Positions 28,978 through 36,409 of a stretch of 61,116 nucleotides of DNA are shown here, one piece after another. This stretch comes from Elusimicrobiota bacterium (GTDB lineage: Bacteria; Elusimicrobiota; Endomicrobiia; Endomicrobiales; JAPLKN01), in NCBI GenBank assembly GCA_026388075.1, contig JAPLKN010000074.1, positions 1 to 61,116 of the forward strand, written 5' to 3'. The translations under genes were made by a program, and so were the position numbers. How positions within the stretch are numbered: the first letter of the stretch is position 1; each line of letters opens with the position of its first letter. The notes beneath the pieces are model-generated. The model was not told where the DNA came from. It saw only the letters and a program-made list of their open reading frames with translations, and did no database searches.

Positions 28978-29064
28978 TGCCGAGGGAGGGAATCGAACCC
29001 TCACGCCACCCAAAGTGACTCGAGATTTTGAGTCTCGCGCGTCTGCCAGTTCCGCCACCTCGGC
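28978..29064 (-). tRNA. tRNA-Leu (anticodon CAA), type II with a long variable arm. No CCA is encoded.
   Basis: Minus strand reads GCCGAGG-TG-GCG-GAACTGGCAGA-CGC-G-CGAGA-CTCAAAA-TCTCG-AGTCACTTTGGGTGGC-GTGAGGG-TTCGATT-CCCTC-CCTCGGC-A. All four stems pair, the T-loop is TTCGATT, and the anticodon is CAA. Confidence 0.93.
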
Positions 29065-29332
29065 GATAATAACAGTTACCAGTGACCAGTTATTAGTTAC
29101 CAGTAACAACAAAAACAAAACTAAAAATCAAGGAACAGACGCCGAAGGCGGATTGTGAAGTTTATCCAGCACACTGTAATGTGCTGGGCCACCTCGGCAA
29201 TTTAACTACGGTTATGAGTAATGAGTATTTAGTTATGAGAAAAACAAAAATCTAACAAAAATCAAGGAACAGACGCCGAAGGCGGATTGTGAAGTTTATC
29301 CAGCACATTACACAGTGCTGGGCCACCTCGGC
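29065..29332. repeat. Two tandem 134-bp units directly abutting the 5' end of tRNA-Leu. Each ends with an 11-nt copy of the tRNA 5' end.
   Basis: GCCACCTCGGC occurs at 29054-29064 (tRNA), 29188-29198 and 29322-29332, exactly 134 bp apart. The 76-nt blocks 29123-29198 and 29257-29332 are identical apart from 5 mismatches within an 8-nt hairpin loop. The upstream 58-nt halves are heptad arrays (TTACCAG TGACCAG TTATTAG TTACCAG versus TTATGAG TAATGAG TATTTAG TTATGAG). Confidence 0.9.
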
Positions 29333-29447
29333 AAAAAGTAATTATTGAGGCAAGTTTAGTTTTGATGGGCGAAAATAATTTTATAATAATATAAATATAT
29401 TTTCAATGTTTTTTACTTTAGAGCTTCTCAATAATAACTCGTAATAT

Positions 29448-30152
29448 TTATTCCTTTCTCTCAAATCCAAACATTTCACTGATATTGACTATTTTATACC
29501 CCTGCTTTTGAATTCCTTCAATTATTTCGGGCAAGGACTCAACCGTAGTTTCGTGTTTACCGCCCCCGTCATGCATTAAAAATATAGCGCCGGGCATTAA
29601 GTGTTTTAGGTATTGCTGCACCATTTCTTCCTTGGACATTTTTTTCCAGTCACAGCCGAATGTCCAGCTGATGATTTTATAATTTTTTTCTCTTGCCGCA
29701 TCCTTAACCCATTGTCTTACAAATCCGTACGGCATGCGAAGTAAAACCGGCTTGAATTTTAAAATTTTTTCTATCGTTTGTTCGGCTTTTTCAATTTCTC
29801 TTGCAAGAATTTCTTTTTTATCTTCTTTTTCATATTTCCAAAAGTTTGGATGGCTATAAGAATGACTCCCAATTTCAAAGCCGCCTTCCAATACTTTACG
29901 AGCTATTAAAGGTCGTTTTTCTATCTGAGAGGCTTCCATAAAAAAAGTCGCTTTTATGTTGTACTTTGCAAGGATTTCAAGGATTGGTTCTGTATAAAGC
30001 CCGGGGCCGTCATCAAAAGTCAACGCGACAAGCTTTTTGCCGGCAGATCCTTTTCCGTAGAAAATATTATTTTCTGAACTGTTTAACGGAATTGAAAGAA
30101 ATATTATTGAAAAGAAAAGACAAAATGTTCGGAAAGAATTTTTTGTAAGCAT
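29448..30152 (-). CDS. Secreted polysaccharide deacetylase (NodB homology domain).
   Basis: Signal peptide. NodB motifs LTFDDGPG, ..HSYSHPNF.., ..RMPYG.., ..FLMHDGG. Confidence 0.88.
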   Translation of the reverse strand: MLTKNSFRTFCLFFSIIFLSIPLNSSENNIFYGKGSAGKKLVALTFDDGPGLYTEPILEILAKYNIKATFFMEASQIEKRPLIARKVLEGGFEIGSHSYSHPNFWKYEKEDKKEILAREIEKAEQTIEKILKFKPVLLRMPYGFVRQWVKDAAREKNYKIISWTFGCDWKKMSKEEMVQQYLKHLMPGAIFLMHDGGGKHETTVESLPEIIEGIQKQGYKIVNISEMFGFERKE

Positions 30153-30743
30153 TTAGAAACGGAAAGTTGAAACTAAAAAGATTAGTGTCCCGGATGCAAC
30201 TAAGGGTATCCAAAAGTTATCGCTAATGGGCCAGGGGATCAATTCAATTAGAGTGGCAATAACCGCTCCCAAAATCGCTATCGGCCATTCCAGAAAAAAT
30301 AATCCGCATATCAGGCATACAATAAAACAAGCGATGCTTCCTTCATAAGTTTTATCTTTTGTGATTTTATGTTTTCCGAAAGCCCTTCCAATCAAAGCCG
30401 CAGAAGTATCTCCGAATGCCAGATACATAAAACTCGCCATGACAATATTTCTATCGCCGAAAAATAAAAGTATTGTAAAAAATGAGCCTGCCAAAGTAAA
30501 AGCCATTCCTGATATTTTATCTGTTTCATGCCCCCTATGCACGCCGCCGAGAAGGCTTAAAAGCCAATAATTAAACCTTGTATGCTTAAGCCTGACTATT
30601 TCAAATAAAAAAACTAAAATAATAGTTACGCCCAATCCCACAAGCATAAATGTTACCGGAGTAACCCAGTACAAGATAATGTAGATTAGAGTTAATAGAT
30701 GAAATAATTTTCTTTTTATTTCGTCTGCTGGAAAGAAATCCAT
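30153..30743 (-). CDS. CTP-dependent polyprenol/phytol-kinase-like membrane protein (CdsA / dolichol kinase family).
   Basis: Six predicted TM segments. C-terminal signature FGDTSAALIGRAFGKHKI..KTYEGSIACF, typical of the CTP_transf_1 family. Its start overlaps the upstream gene by 28 nt. Confidence 0.65.
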   Translation of the reverse strand: MDFFPADEIKRKLFHLLTLIYIILYWVTPVTFMLVGLGVTIILVFLFEIVRLKHTRFNYWLLSLLGGVHRGHETDKISGMAFTLAGSFFTILLFFGDRNIVMASFMYLAFGDTSAALIGRAFGKHKITKDKTYEGSIACFIVCLICGLFFLEWPIAILGAVIATLIELIPWPISDNFWIPLVASGTLIFLVSTFRF

Positions 30744-31405
30744 AATTGGTTCCCAAAAATGTATAACGTCTGCCAGATTGTTAAAATACCTTTTGCGCTG
30801 TCATTCAAATAACTTTTCAAATTAATTTGGTCAGGCAAAACGATTTTAAAAACGAATGATAAAACGATGCAATTCACTATCAAAACAAAAATTAGCGAAA
30901 AAAATACTCCGAACTGTTTTAAATCGCTTTGCCCTTGAGATATAGCATAGTAAGTCAGGCTAATATGAAAAGCGATAGTAAAACCTATAGCAAAAAGAAA
31001 GTATAAATTAAAAGCTTCTAAATTCCAAAATCTTGAAAGTATCCAATAGATTGCTATCAATATTACGGTATAAATTGGAATAAAATATGGAGAAAGAGCT
31101 ATAAAAAGGGTCGTTTTGGTAAGACTAACGCTTCCGCCGCCGGTTGAAACCTTAAAACTTTTTATTTTTGCGCCGCTTAAAAGACCAAAAATTGCATGAG
31201 TTAATTCGTGACCAAAAACATATGTTTGCAAAGGTTTTGAGAAAATAACCTGAAATATAAAATAGCCAAATAGTCCTATCCAAAAAGGAACAGTATCTAT
31301 GGATACTTTTGCCAGCAATTCTACGGATATTTTTAAGAATTCAACAATAAAAGAAAGCGCAACAGGAATAAGCAGAATTGAAAAAATTATTCTTAAATAC
31401 TTCAT
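30716..31405 (-). CDS. Polytopic membrane protein with a HExxH motif (putative intramembrane zinc metalloprotease, DUF3267-like).
   Basis: FGHELTHAIFGLLSGAKI lies at a TM boundary. There are 5-6 hydrophobic segments and no other recognisable motif. Confidence 0.5.
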   Translation of the reverse strand: MKYLRIIFSILLIPVALSFIVEFLKISVELLAKVSIDTVPFWIGLFGYFIFQVIFSKPLQTYVFGHELTHAIFGLLSGAKIKSFKVSTGGGSVSLTKTTLFIALSPYFIPIYTVILIAIYWILSRFWNLEAFNLYFLFAIGFTIAFHISLTYYAISQGQSDLKQFGVFFSLIFVLIVNCIVLSFVFKIVLPDQINLKSYLNDSAKGILTIWQTLYIFGNQLWISFQQTK

Positions 31406-31550
31406 TTATTTTCTGCCGCAATGAACTTATCTTTTTTTAATAAACAGATTGATTTTTCAAAATAATATTTGTTTTTAATATCCCGATTTTTAGAATTTAA
31501 TTTTAGCAACTTCATTAAATAAAGTCAAATTGACTTGCTTTTAGATATTG

Positions 31551-31810
31551 TTATCCGCCTTCGCACCGTCCGCCAATGGCGGAGGCAGGGAAAACTATCC
31601 CGCCTTGGCGGCATAAGTCCATAGATAAATGCGAAGAAGGAACCCCCTGCTTAGTTTTGCCCTGTGAAATGCAAAGCATTTCCAGGACATGAGTCCTTGA
31701 AATCGCAAACGCGATTTCTAGGGGCCAAGCAAAACTAGGGGGTGTGCTTCGGTGCCGCGCCTGCCGGCGGGCAGGGATTCCGCCCGCTTCGCAGCGAGGC
31801 GAGCCTAAGA
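31551..31810. other. GC-rich multi-hairpin block R1. It may be a structured ncRNA or a cluster of REP-like elements. The strand is undetermined.
   Basis: Hairpins TCCGCC-aat-GGCGGA (31569-31583), CCGCC-tt-GGCGG (31600-31611) and CCTGCC-ggcg-GGCAGG (~31760-31775). A 100-nt three-way junction spans 31643-31742. Its outer stem is CCCCCT(gctt)AGTTTTGC/GCAAAACTAGGGGG, and it encloses hairpins at 31661-31686 and 31699-31718. Confidence 0.6.
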
Positions 31811-31822
31811 AATAAAAGATAT

Positions 31823-31840
31823 TATGGTCTTAAGACCATA
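31823..31840. promoter_or_regulatory. Perfect 18-bp palindrome TATGGTCTTAAGACCATA, about 77 nt upstream of the DJ-1 start (operator-like).
   Basis: Read directly and self-complementary over all 18 nt. Confidence 0.45.
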
Positions 31841-31916
31841 GAGCTTCATCTAATCAAATTGTTAAAAGACTAATTTTTTTGTATTCTACTCTTAAGATAT
31901 TCCAAGAGGTGATATC

Positions 31917-32438
31917 ATGAAAGAAAAAAAAGTTCTATTTGTTGTTGCCCAAACAAATTTTCGTGATGAAGAGTATTTTGACCCGAAAAACATTCTTGAA
32001 CAAGCCGGAATACTAACAACTACCGCAAGCATATCCAAGGGAGAAGCAACAAGCGTTTTCGGCAAAACAATTCCAGTTGAAATTTCTATCAGTGATTTAA
32101 ATCCTGATGATTATTCTGCGGTTATTTTTGTCGGCGGAGCAGGATCTAAAGTCTATTTTGAAAATCCGACGGCTCATAAGATTGCGCAAGAAATGCTGAA
32201 CAGCGGAAAAATCGTTGCGGCAATATGCATTGCCCCGACTACTATTGCTAAAGCAGGAATTCTAAAAGGCAAAAAAGCGACTTCGTTTTCGTCCGCTAAA
32301 AATGATCTTATAGCTTCAGGGGCAATTTTTACGGGTAAATCAGTAGAAAAAGACGGGAATATTATTACTGCGGACGGCCCGGATTCAGCAAAAGAATTCG
32401 GAAAAGAAATCCTGAAGGCTTTGCAGGGAAGTACATAA
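31917..32438 (+). CDS. DJ-1/PfpI-family protein (class I glutamine amidotransferase-like fold).
   Basis: Nucleophile elbow VAAICIAP. ..VIFVGGAG.. The length (173 aa) is typical. AGAGGTG SD. It is the only plus-strand gene between 26.7 and 61.1 kb. Confidence 0.88.
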   Translation: MKEKKVLFVVAQTNFRDEEYFDPKNILEQAGILTTTASISKGEATSVFGKTIPVEISISDLNPDDYSAVIFVGGAGSKVYFENPTAHKIAQEMLNSGKIVAAICIAPTTIAKAGILKGKKATSFSSAKNDLIASGAIFTGKSVEKDGNIITADGPDSAKEFGKEILKALQGST

Positions 32439-32452
32439 GCCTTCAGCTTTTA
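32412..32452 (+). terminator. Possible intrinsic terminator of the DJ-1 gene.
   Basis: CTGAAGGCTT (32412-32421) pairs with AAGCCTTCAG (32437-32446), spanning the stop codon with a 15-nt loop, and is followed by CTTTTAG. The U-tract is short. Confidence 0.35.
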
Positions 32453-32800
32453 GCTAACAACTTTTGGTTCTTAATGTAGAATCTAAGAACCGTATTTACA
32501 GTTTTTCCCCATTGAGCCGCTTATGAGTCGAGCATTTCTTCAGGAAGTTTTCGGTTTTTCGTGTCTGAGCCCCATCTTGGCAGAAGCCGAGGGGGCGAGT
32601 TGAAAAACCGCCTGAGAAATGTGAGCGAATGGCTCACGGGGTGCATTTCTTTTGACTACTTTTCTTTAGGCAAGTAAAGAAAAGTAATCCAGGGGTGCAG
32701 GGGCGGGAAAGCCCCGCGATTTTTCCCTGTTTTGTAAACAGATTATCAAAGTAATACATTCTTAACTGAGAGCTGACGACTGATAGCTGAAAGCTGTTTC
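32443..32800. repeat. Element R2/C1, made of CAG-heptad terminal inverted arms around a ~250-nt GC-rich multi-hairpin core.
   Basis: Left arm has CAG/TAG/CAA/TGG at 32444/51/58/65. Right arm has CTGA at 32766/73/80/87 and CTGT at 32794. The core holds a nested rod at 32533-32621 (CATTTCTtCAGG..CGGTTTTTC..GCCCC..GGGGC..GAAAAACCG CCTGAGAAATG), a hairpin at 32621-32637, and a perfect 12-bp hairpin at 32657-32686. Confidence 0.8.
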
Positions 32801-34867
32801 TCATATTCTCCCCAAAAGAGTCGTAGAGATATCTGAAATATAAGAATTTATCCTTTTGAATTGGTCAATCAGGTCCAGATGGACGCTGGATGTTTCAAGC
32901 GACTCCTTTAAACCCGCATTTATTCTGTCAATATGCCTTTTACGCAGTTCTGCCGAAAAGCCGTTAATTTCAGCTTTTGCTTCACTAATAATCTTTGCAT
33001 TTTCCAAATCATTCTGATCTAAAGCACCGATCACCGCTTCAAAATTTTTTAAAACTCTTGAATGCAGTTCCACTATGTCTTTCCAACCTTCATCTGAAAA
33101 CCAAAGCTCATTCTTTATTTTCTTTCGCGCCAAGGGCATAATATTTTTATCAATAATATCTCCGATTGCTTCAAAATCAGCAGTAATATATAGAAGCTGT
33201 GTCTCTTTTAAAGATTGTTCTTCATTCAAAACAGTATTCTGCCCTATTTTTGCAAGATATTGCACAATGGAATTTCTGAGTATATCAACCTTAAAATCCT
33301 TCAAAGAAACTGTCTCGCTTAAATTTACGTCCAGCGTTTCAAATACTTTCAAGGATTCCGCGTACATTTCACTGGAAATTTTTCCTTCTCTGACTATTTC
33401 TTTTTTGGCCTGTCCAAGAGCTAAGGAAGGATTTTCCAAAAGCCCTTCATCTATATAAATTGGCCCGAAAGCTTTTTCTTTTTCTGCGGAAGGAAAAATC
33501 GTCAATAAAGTTTTGTTTACCAACGGTAAAATGGGCAGGAAAATAACAGCATTAAATACGGAAAGCATAGTATGCCCCATAGCAATTTGCCTTGCCGTGT
33601 CAGATGTCAGAAAAACATTTTGAGTGAATTGTTTTACGAAATAAATCCAGGCAGGTTCTCCTTTATAAACAATTACTGTTAAAAAAGGATAAACTAAAAT
33701 TAACCCCGCCATCTGATGAATAACATGCCATATAGCTACCCTTTTACCTTCCCGGCTTCTTCCGATAGAACTTAATAAAGCCGTTATGCAAGTTCCCGCC
33801 TGTGCTCCCAAATTAATCGGAATGGCCTGATTAAGCGTAATTACTCCCGCTATTGCCATAGCGATTACAATACCTGCAGTAGCGCCGCTTGAATGTATAA
33901 TAATCGTAAAGACAAAACCTATCAAAATTCCGATAAGAGGATTTTCCACTTTTTTCATAATTTCTATAAAAGCATCATTTTGTCCAACAGGAAGCATTGA
34001 GTCAGCCATAATCTTCATTCCCAGAAACAAAATTCCAAATCCCAAAACTGCATTTCCTATTTTTTTCCATTTCTTATTCCTGGAGAAAAAAGATATATAG
34101 AATCCGACCCCGGCTAAAATAACGGAAAATTCTGATATTTTAAAGGCAATCAGCTGGGCTGTTATTGTTGAGCCAATCTCTGCCCCCATAGTGACCGCTA
34201 TACTTTGATAAAATGTCATTACTCCGGCGCTAACCAAGCTCACCTCAAGAAACGTAGTAGCTGAACTGGATTGATTAAATAATGTCACAAAAAAACCGGT
34301 GCCAATCCCTTTCCAGGGCGATTTGGTAAGTTTAATTAAAATGTTCCTTAAATTCGGCCCGCTGATTTTTTGAAGGGCATCGTTTAGATAAAACATTCCA
34401 AAAAGAAATATTCCAAGCCCTCCGACTATCCCTAGGAACAGAATCAATATCCACATTTTGGAACGAGAAGCTACCGTAAATATCGCCGGATCTCCGAGAG
34501 AATCTCTTGTGGCAGCTGTTATAATGATGTTTCCTTTGCTCTTTCGGCCCAGATTAAGCCTGTTTGAAGCATATCCTTGAGAATCAGTAATAGAAACCGG
34601 ACTGCTTAAAAAAGATTCTTCCTTTGAAAGTTTCTCGGAAGGAGATTCTCCGGCTTCATTGACTATAGAAAAAATTACAGGAACACCCGAAACGGGCTTA
34701 TCGTTTTCAGAAAGCACCTGAACAACAAAATCCTTTTTCAGCACACTGCCGGCAACACCTGTCTGTTTGTCGCCGGAAACCATTTTGATTTTCTGCCAGG
34801 CAAAAACAGGAGACATAATAAGGATATTTGTTGTTAACAAAATAAAAACAAATTTAGCTCTATTCAT
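32801..34867 (-). CDS. Na+/phosphate cotransporter family protein (Na_Pi_cotrans repeats plus C-terminal PhoU-like helices) with an N-terminal extracytoplasmic Ig-like domain.
   Basis: Duplicated ..GxxxTxxxQSSSATT..-type motif (LFNQSSSATTFLEVSL and IIHSSGATAGIVIAM). The C-terminal ~230 aa are helical and PhoU-like (..ADFEAIGDIIDKNI..). Residues ~24-135 are Big_1/invasin-like (KMVSGDKQTGVAGSVLKKDFVVQVL..DKPVSGVPVIFSIV..ITDSQGYAS..). Confidence 0.8.
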   Translation of the reverse strand: MNRAKFVFILLTTNILIMSPVFAWQKIKMVSGDKQTGVAGSVLKKDFVVQVLSENDKPVSGVPVIFSIVNEAGESPSEKLSKEESFLSSPVSITDSQGYASNRLNLGRKSKGNIIITAATRDSLGDPAIFTVASRSKMWILILFLGIVGGLGIFLFGMFYLNDALQKISGPNLRNILIKLTKSPWKGIGTGFFVTLFNQSSSATTFLEVSLVSAGVMTFYQSIAVTMGAEIGSTITAQLIAFKISEFSVILAGVGFYISFFSRNKKWKKIGNAVLGFGILFLGMKIMADSMLPVGQNDAFIEIMKKVENPLIGILIGFVFTIIIHSSGATAGIVIAMAIAGVITLNQAIPINLGAQAGTCITALLSSIGRSREGKRVAIWHVIHQMAGLILVYPFLTVIVYKGEPAWIYFVKQFTQNVFLTSDTARQIAMGHTMLSVFNAVIFLPILPLVNKTLLTIFPSAEKEKAFGPIYIDEGLLENPSLALGQAKKEIVREGKISSEMYAESLKVFETLDVNLSETVSLKDFKVDILRNSIVQYLAKIGQNTVLNEEQSLKETQLLYITADFEAIGDIIDKNIMPLARKKIKNELWFSDEGWKDIVELHSRVLKNFEAVIGALDQNDLENAKIISEAKAEINGFSAELRKRHIDRINAGLKESLETSSVHLDLIDQFKRINSYISDISTTLLGRI

Positions 34868-34868
34868 T

Positions 34869-35273
34869 TTAATTATTTTTTCGTTTATTTAATTTGAAGG
34901 AATTAGGCAATAGTTGCGGCAATTTTATCATTTTAAATTTAGCCCTGTTGTTTCCCAAAATAATGTCAATATCTTTGTTAAATTCGGACATTACTTGCAG
35001 GCAAGCCCCGCACGGATAACAAAAATCTTTAGAGTCTGGGATTACAGCAATTGCCTTGAATTTTTTTTCGCCCTCGCTCAAAGCTTTAAAAATAGCAACT
35101 CTTTCGGCGCATATGGCCAGCCCATAGGATGCGTTTTCAATATTGGTTCCGGTGTATATTTTATTTTCATTGATCATTAAAGCCGCCCCGACCCTAAACC
35201 TTGAGTACGGCGAATAGGATTTTTTCATTGCGTTCTTTGCCGCATCAACCAATTTCTTATAAATATTTTTCAT
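34869..35273 (-). CDS. cdd: Cytidine deaminase.
   Basis: Zinc motifs CAERVAIFKA and PCGACLQVM. 134 aa. Confidence 0.92.
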   Translation of the reverse strand: MKNIYKKLVDAAKNAMKKSYSPYSRFRVGAALMINENKIYTGTNIENASYGLAICAERVAIFKALSEGEKKFKAIAVIPDSKDFCYPCGACLQVMSEFNKDIDIILGNNRAKFKMIKLPQLLPNSFKLNKRKNN

Positions 35274-35304
35274 TGCCGCCGCCTTTTTATCCCGTCATTA
35301 GTTT

Positions 35305-35388
35305 ACCCCGTTAGAAATTTTAGCTGGCTTAGACATACGGTTAAGCCCTGCTTGAATCAACGTTTCAACCAACAATTTCTAACGGGGT
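35305..35388. repeat. Family A element A1. Arms are 15 bp and perfect (ACCCCGTTAGAAATT / AATTTCTAACGGGGT), with a 54-nt loop.
   Basis: 35305-35319 is the reverse complement of 35374-35388. It fills the cdd-pfkB spacer, and its right arm ends 1 nt before the pfkB stop codon. Confidence 0.9.
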
Positions 35389-36300
35389 TTATTGCAGAAC
35401 TTCAAAATGTGTCAATTCTTTAAAATTCTGAAATCTTTTCATGATCTGGGATTTATTTAATGATTTTAGCCTGTTAAGACTGAAATCTTCCACATTAAAC
35501 GAAGCCATAACACTGCCGAAAACGATTGCTCTTCTCATATTTACGTCACTGGGATTTTTGCAGCCCGCAATGTAACCCATAAAACCGCCGGCAAAAGAAT
35601 CCCCGGCCCCCGTAGGATCAAAAATTATTTCAAGAGGATAGGCAGGAGCAGAAAATATCTGTTTGTGATTGAAAAACAGAGCGCCGTATTCCCCTCGTTT
35701 TACTACGAGAGACTTAGGTCCGAATGAGGAAATTATACGCGCTGCTTTTACGAGATTATTTTCTGATGCGAGTTGCCGAGCTTCAGCCTCATTTATAATC
35801 AGTATATCCACATATTTTAAAACTTTTATTAATGCTTTTCTTTTGCGCTCTATCCAGAAATTCATCGTATCGCAGGCAACAAGCTTTGGTTTTTCAACCT
35901 GTTTTAAAACCTCTAACTGAAGCTCGGGATCAATATTTCCCAAAAAAACAAATTCACTTTTTCTATAGTTTCTGGGTATTTCGGGCCTAAAATGAGCAAA
36001 TACATTAAGCTGAGTATCTAAGGTAATTGCCCTGTTTAAGTCGTAAGTATATTCTCCTTTCCATCGAAATGTTTTGCCTGAAACTTTTTTAAGGCCTTCC
36101 GTATTAACTTTATGCTTTTGAAGTAACTTGATATGTTGTTCAGGAAAATCTTTTCCGACAACGGCCACTAGATTTACTTTAGTAAAATAAGAAGCTGAAA
36201 TTGAAAAATAAGTTCCTGATCCGCCTAAAGCTTGTTTTACTTCGCCAAAAGGAGTTTTTACTGAATCAAGCGCAACCGAACCGACTACTAAGATGCTCAC
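35389..36300 (-). CDS. PfkB-family (ribokinase-like) sugar/nucleoside kinase.
   Basis: N-terminal GG motif (ALGGSGTY). C-terminal DPTGAGDSFAGGF anion-hole/catalytic motif. The track start at 36312 is TTG. The GTG at 36300 (MSILVVGS..) has GGGAGG 5 nt upstream. Confidence 0.85.
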   Translation of the reverse strand: MSILVVGSVALDSVKTPFGEVKQALGGSGTYFSISASYFTKVNLVAVVGKDFPEQHIKLLQKHKVNTEGLKKVSGKTFRWKGEYTYDLNRAITLDTQLNVFAHFRPEIPRNYRKSEFVFLGNIDPELQLEVLKQVEKPKLVACDTMNFWIERKRKALIKVLKYVDILIINEAEARQLASENNLVKAARIISSFGPKSLVVKRGEYGALFFNHKQIFSAPAYPLEIIFDPTGAGDSFAGGFMGYIAGCKNPSDVNMRRAIVFGSVMASFNVEDFSLNRLKSLNKSQIMKRFQNFKELTHFEVLQ

Positions 36301-36317
36301 GAGACCTCCCAAAAACA

Positions 36318-36405
36318 GTGATAAGGGGTAAGTGGTAAGGATTAAGTTAAAGGCTTAAAAATACCATGTTGTTAACTTATCACTTATCCCTTACCACTTA
36401 TCCCT
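36318..36405. repeat. Element E, made of inverted arms that each carry four exactly 7-nt-spaced TAAG motifs.
   Basis: TAAG at 36322/29/36/43 on the plus strand. CTTA at 36376/83/90/97, which is TAAG on the minus strand. The arms are only partly complementary. It fills the mtnP-pfkB spacer. Confidence 0.85.
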
Positions 36406-36409
36406 GCCG

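Noticed and set aside
28822-29031. A 69-aa plus-strand ORF.
   Set aside because: It overlaps the nfo start region and the tRNA-Leu gene on the opposite strand, and the sequence is explained by those features.
29166-29321. An apparent inversion of the hairpin loop between the two tRNA-linked units, read as a possible invertible switch.
   Set aside because: On counting, unit 2 matches the reverse complement of unit 1 at 19/22 positions and the direct sequence at 17/22. That difference is too small to claim inversion, because a palindromic stem makes both orientations look alike.
29065-29332. CRISPR array or integrated mobile element at tRNA-Leu.
   Set aside because: There are only two 134-bp units with no repeat-spacer alternation. 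No cas, integrase or phage genes are nearby. The duplicated segment is the tRNA 5' end, not the 3' end usually used as attB. It is reported instead as an unexplained tandem repeat.
31551-31810. RNase P RNA, tmRNA or SRP RNA in GC-rich block R1. The string GGCATAAGTCCATAG faintly recalls the P4 region GAGGAAAGUCCGGGCUCCAUAG.
   Set aside because: The block is too short. It lacks the other universally conserved RNase P segments (the GGUAAGGGUGAAA-like and ACAGAA-like regions), has no tRNA-like end as tmRNA would, and has no SRP GGAA-tetraloop domain. The resemblance is only 9-10 nt.
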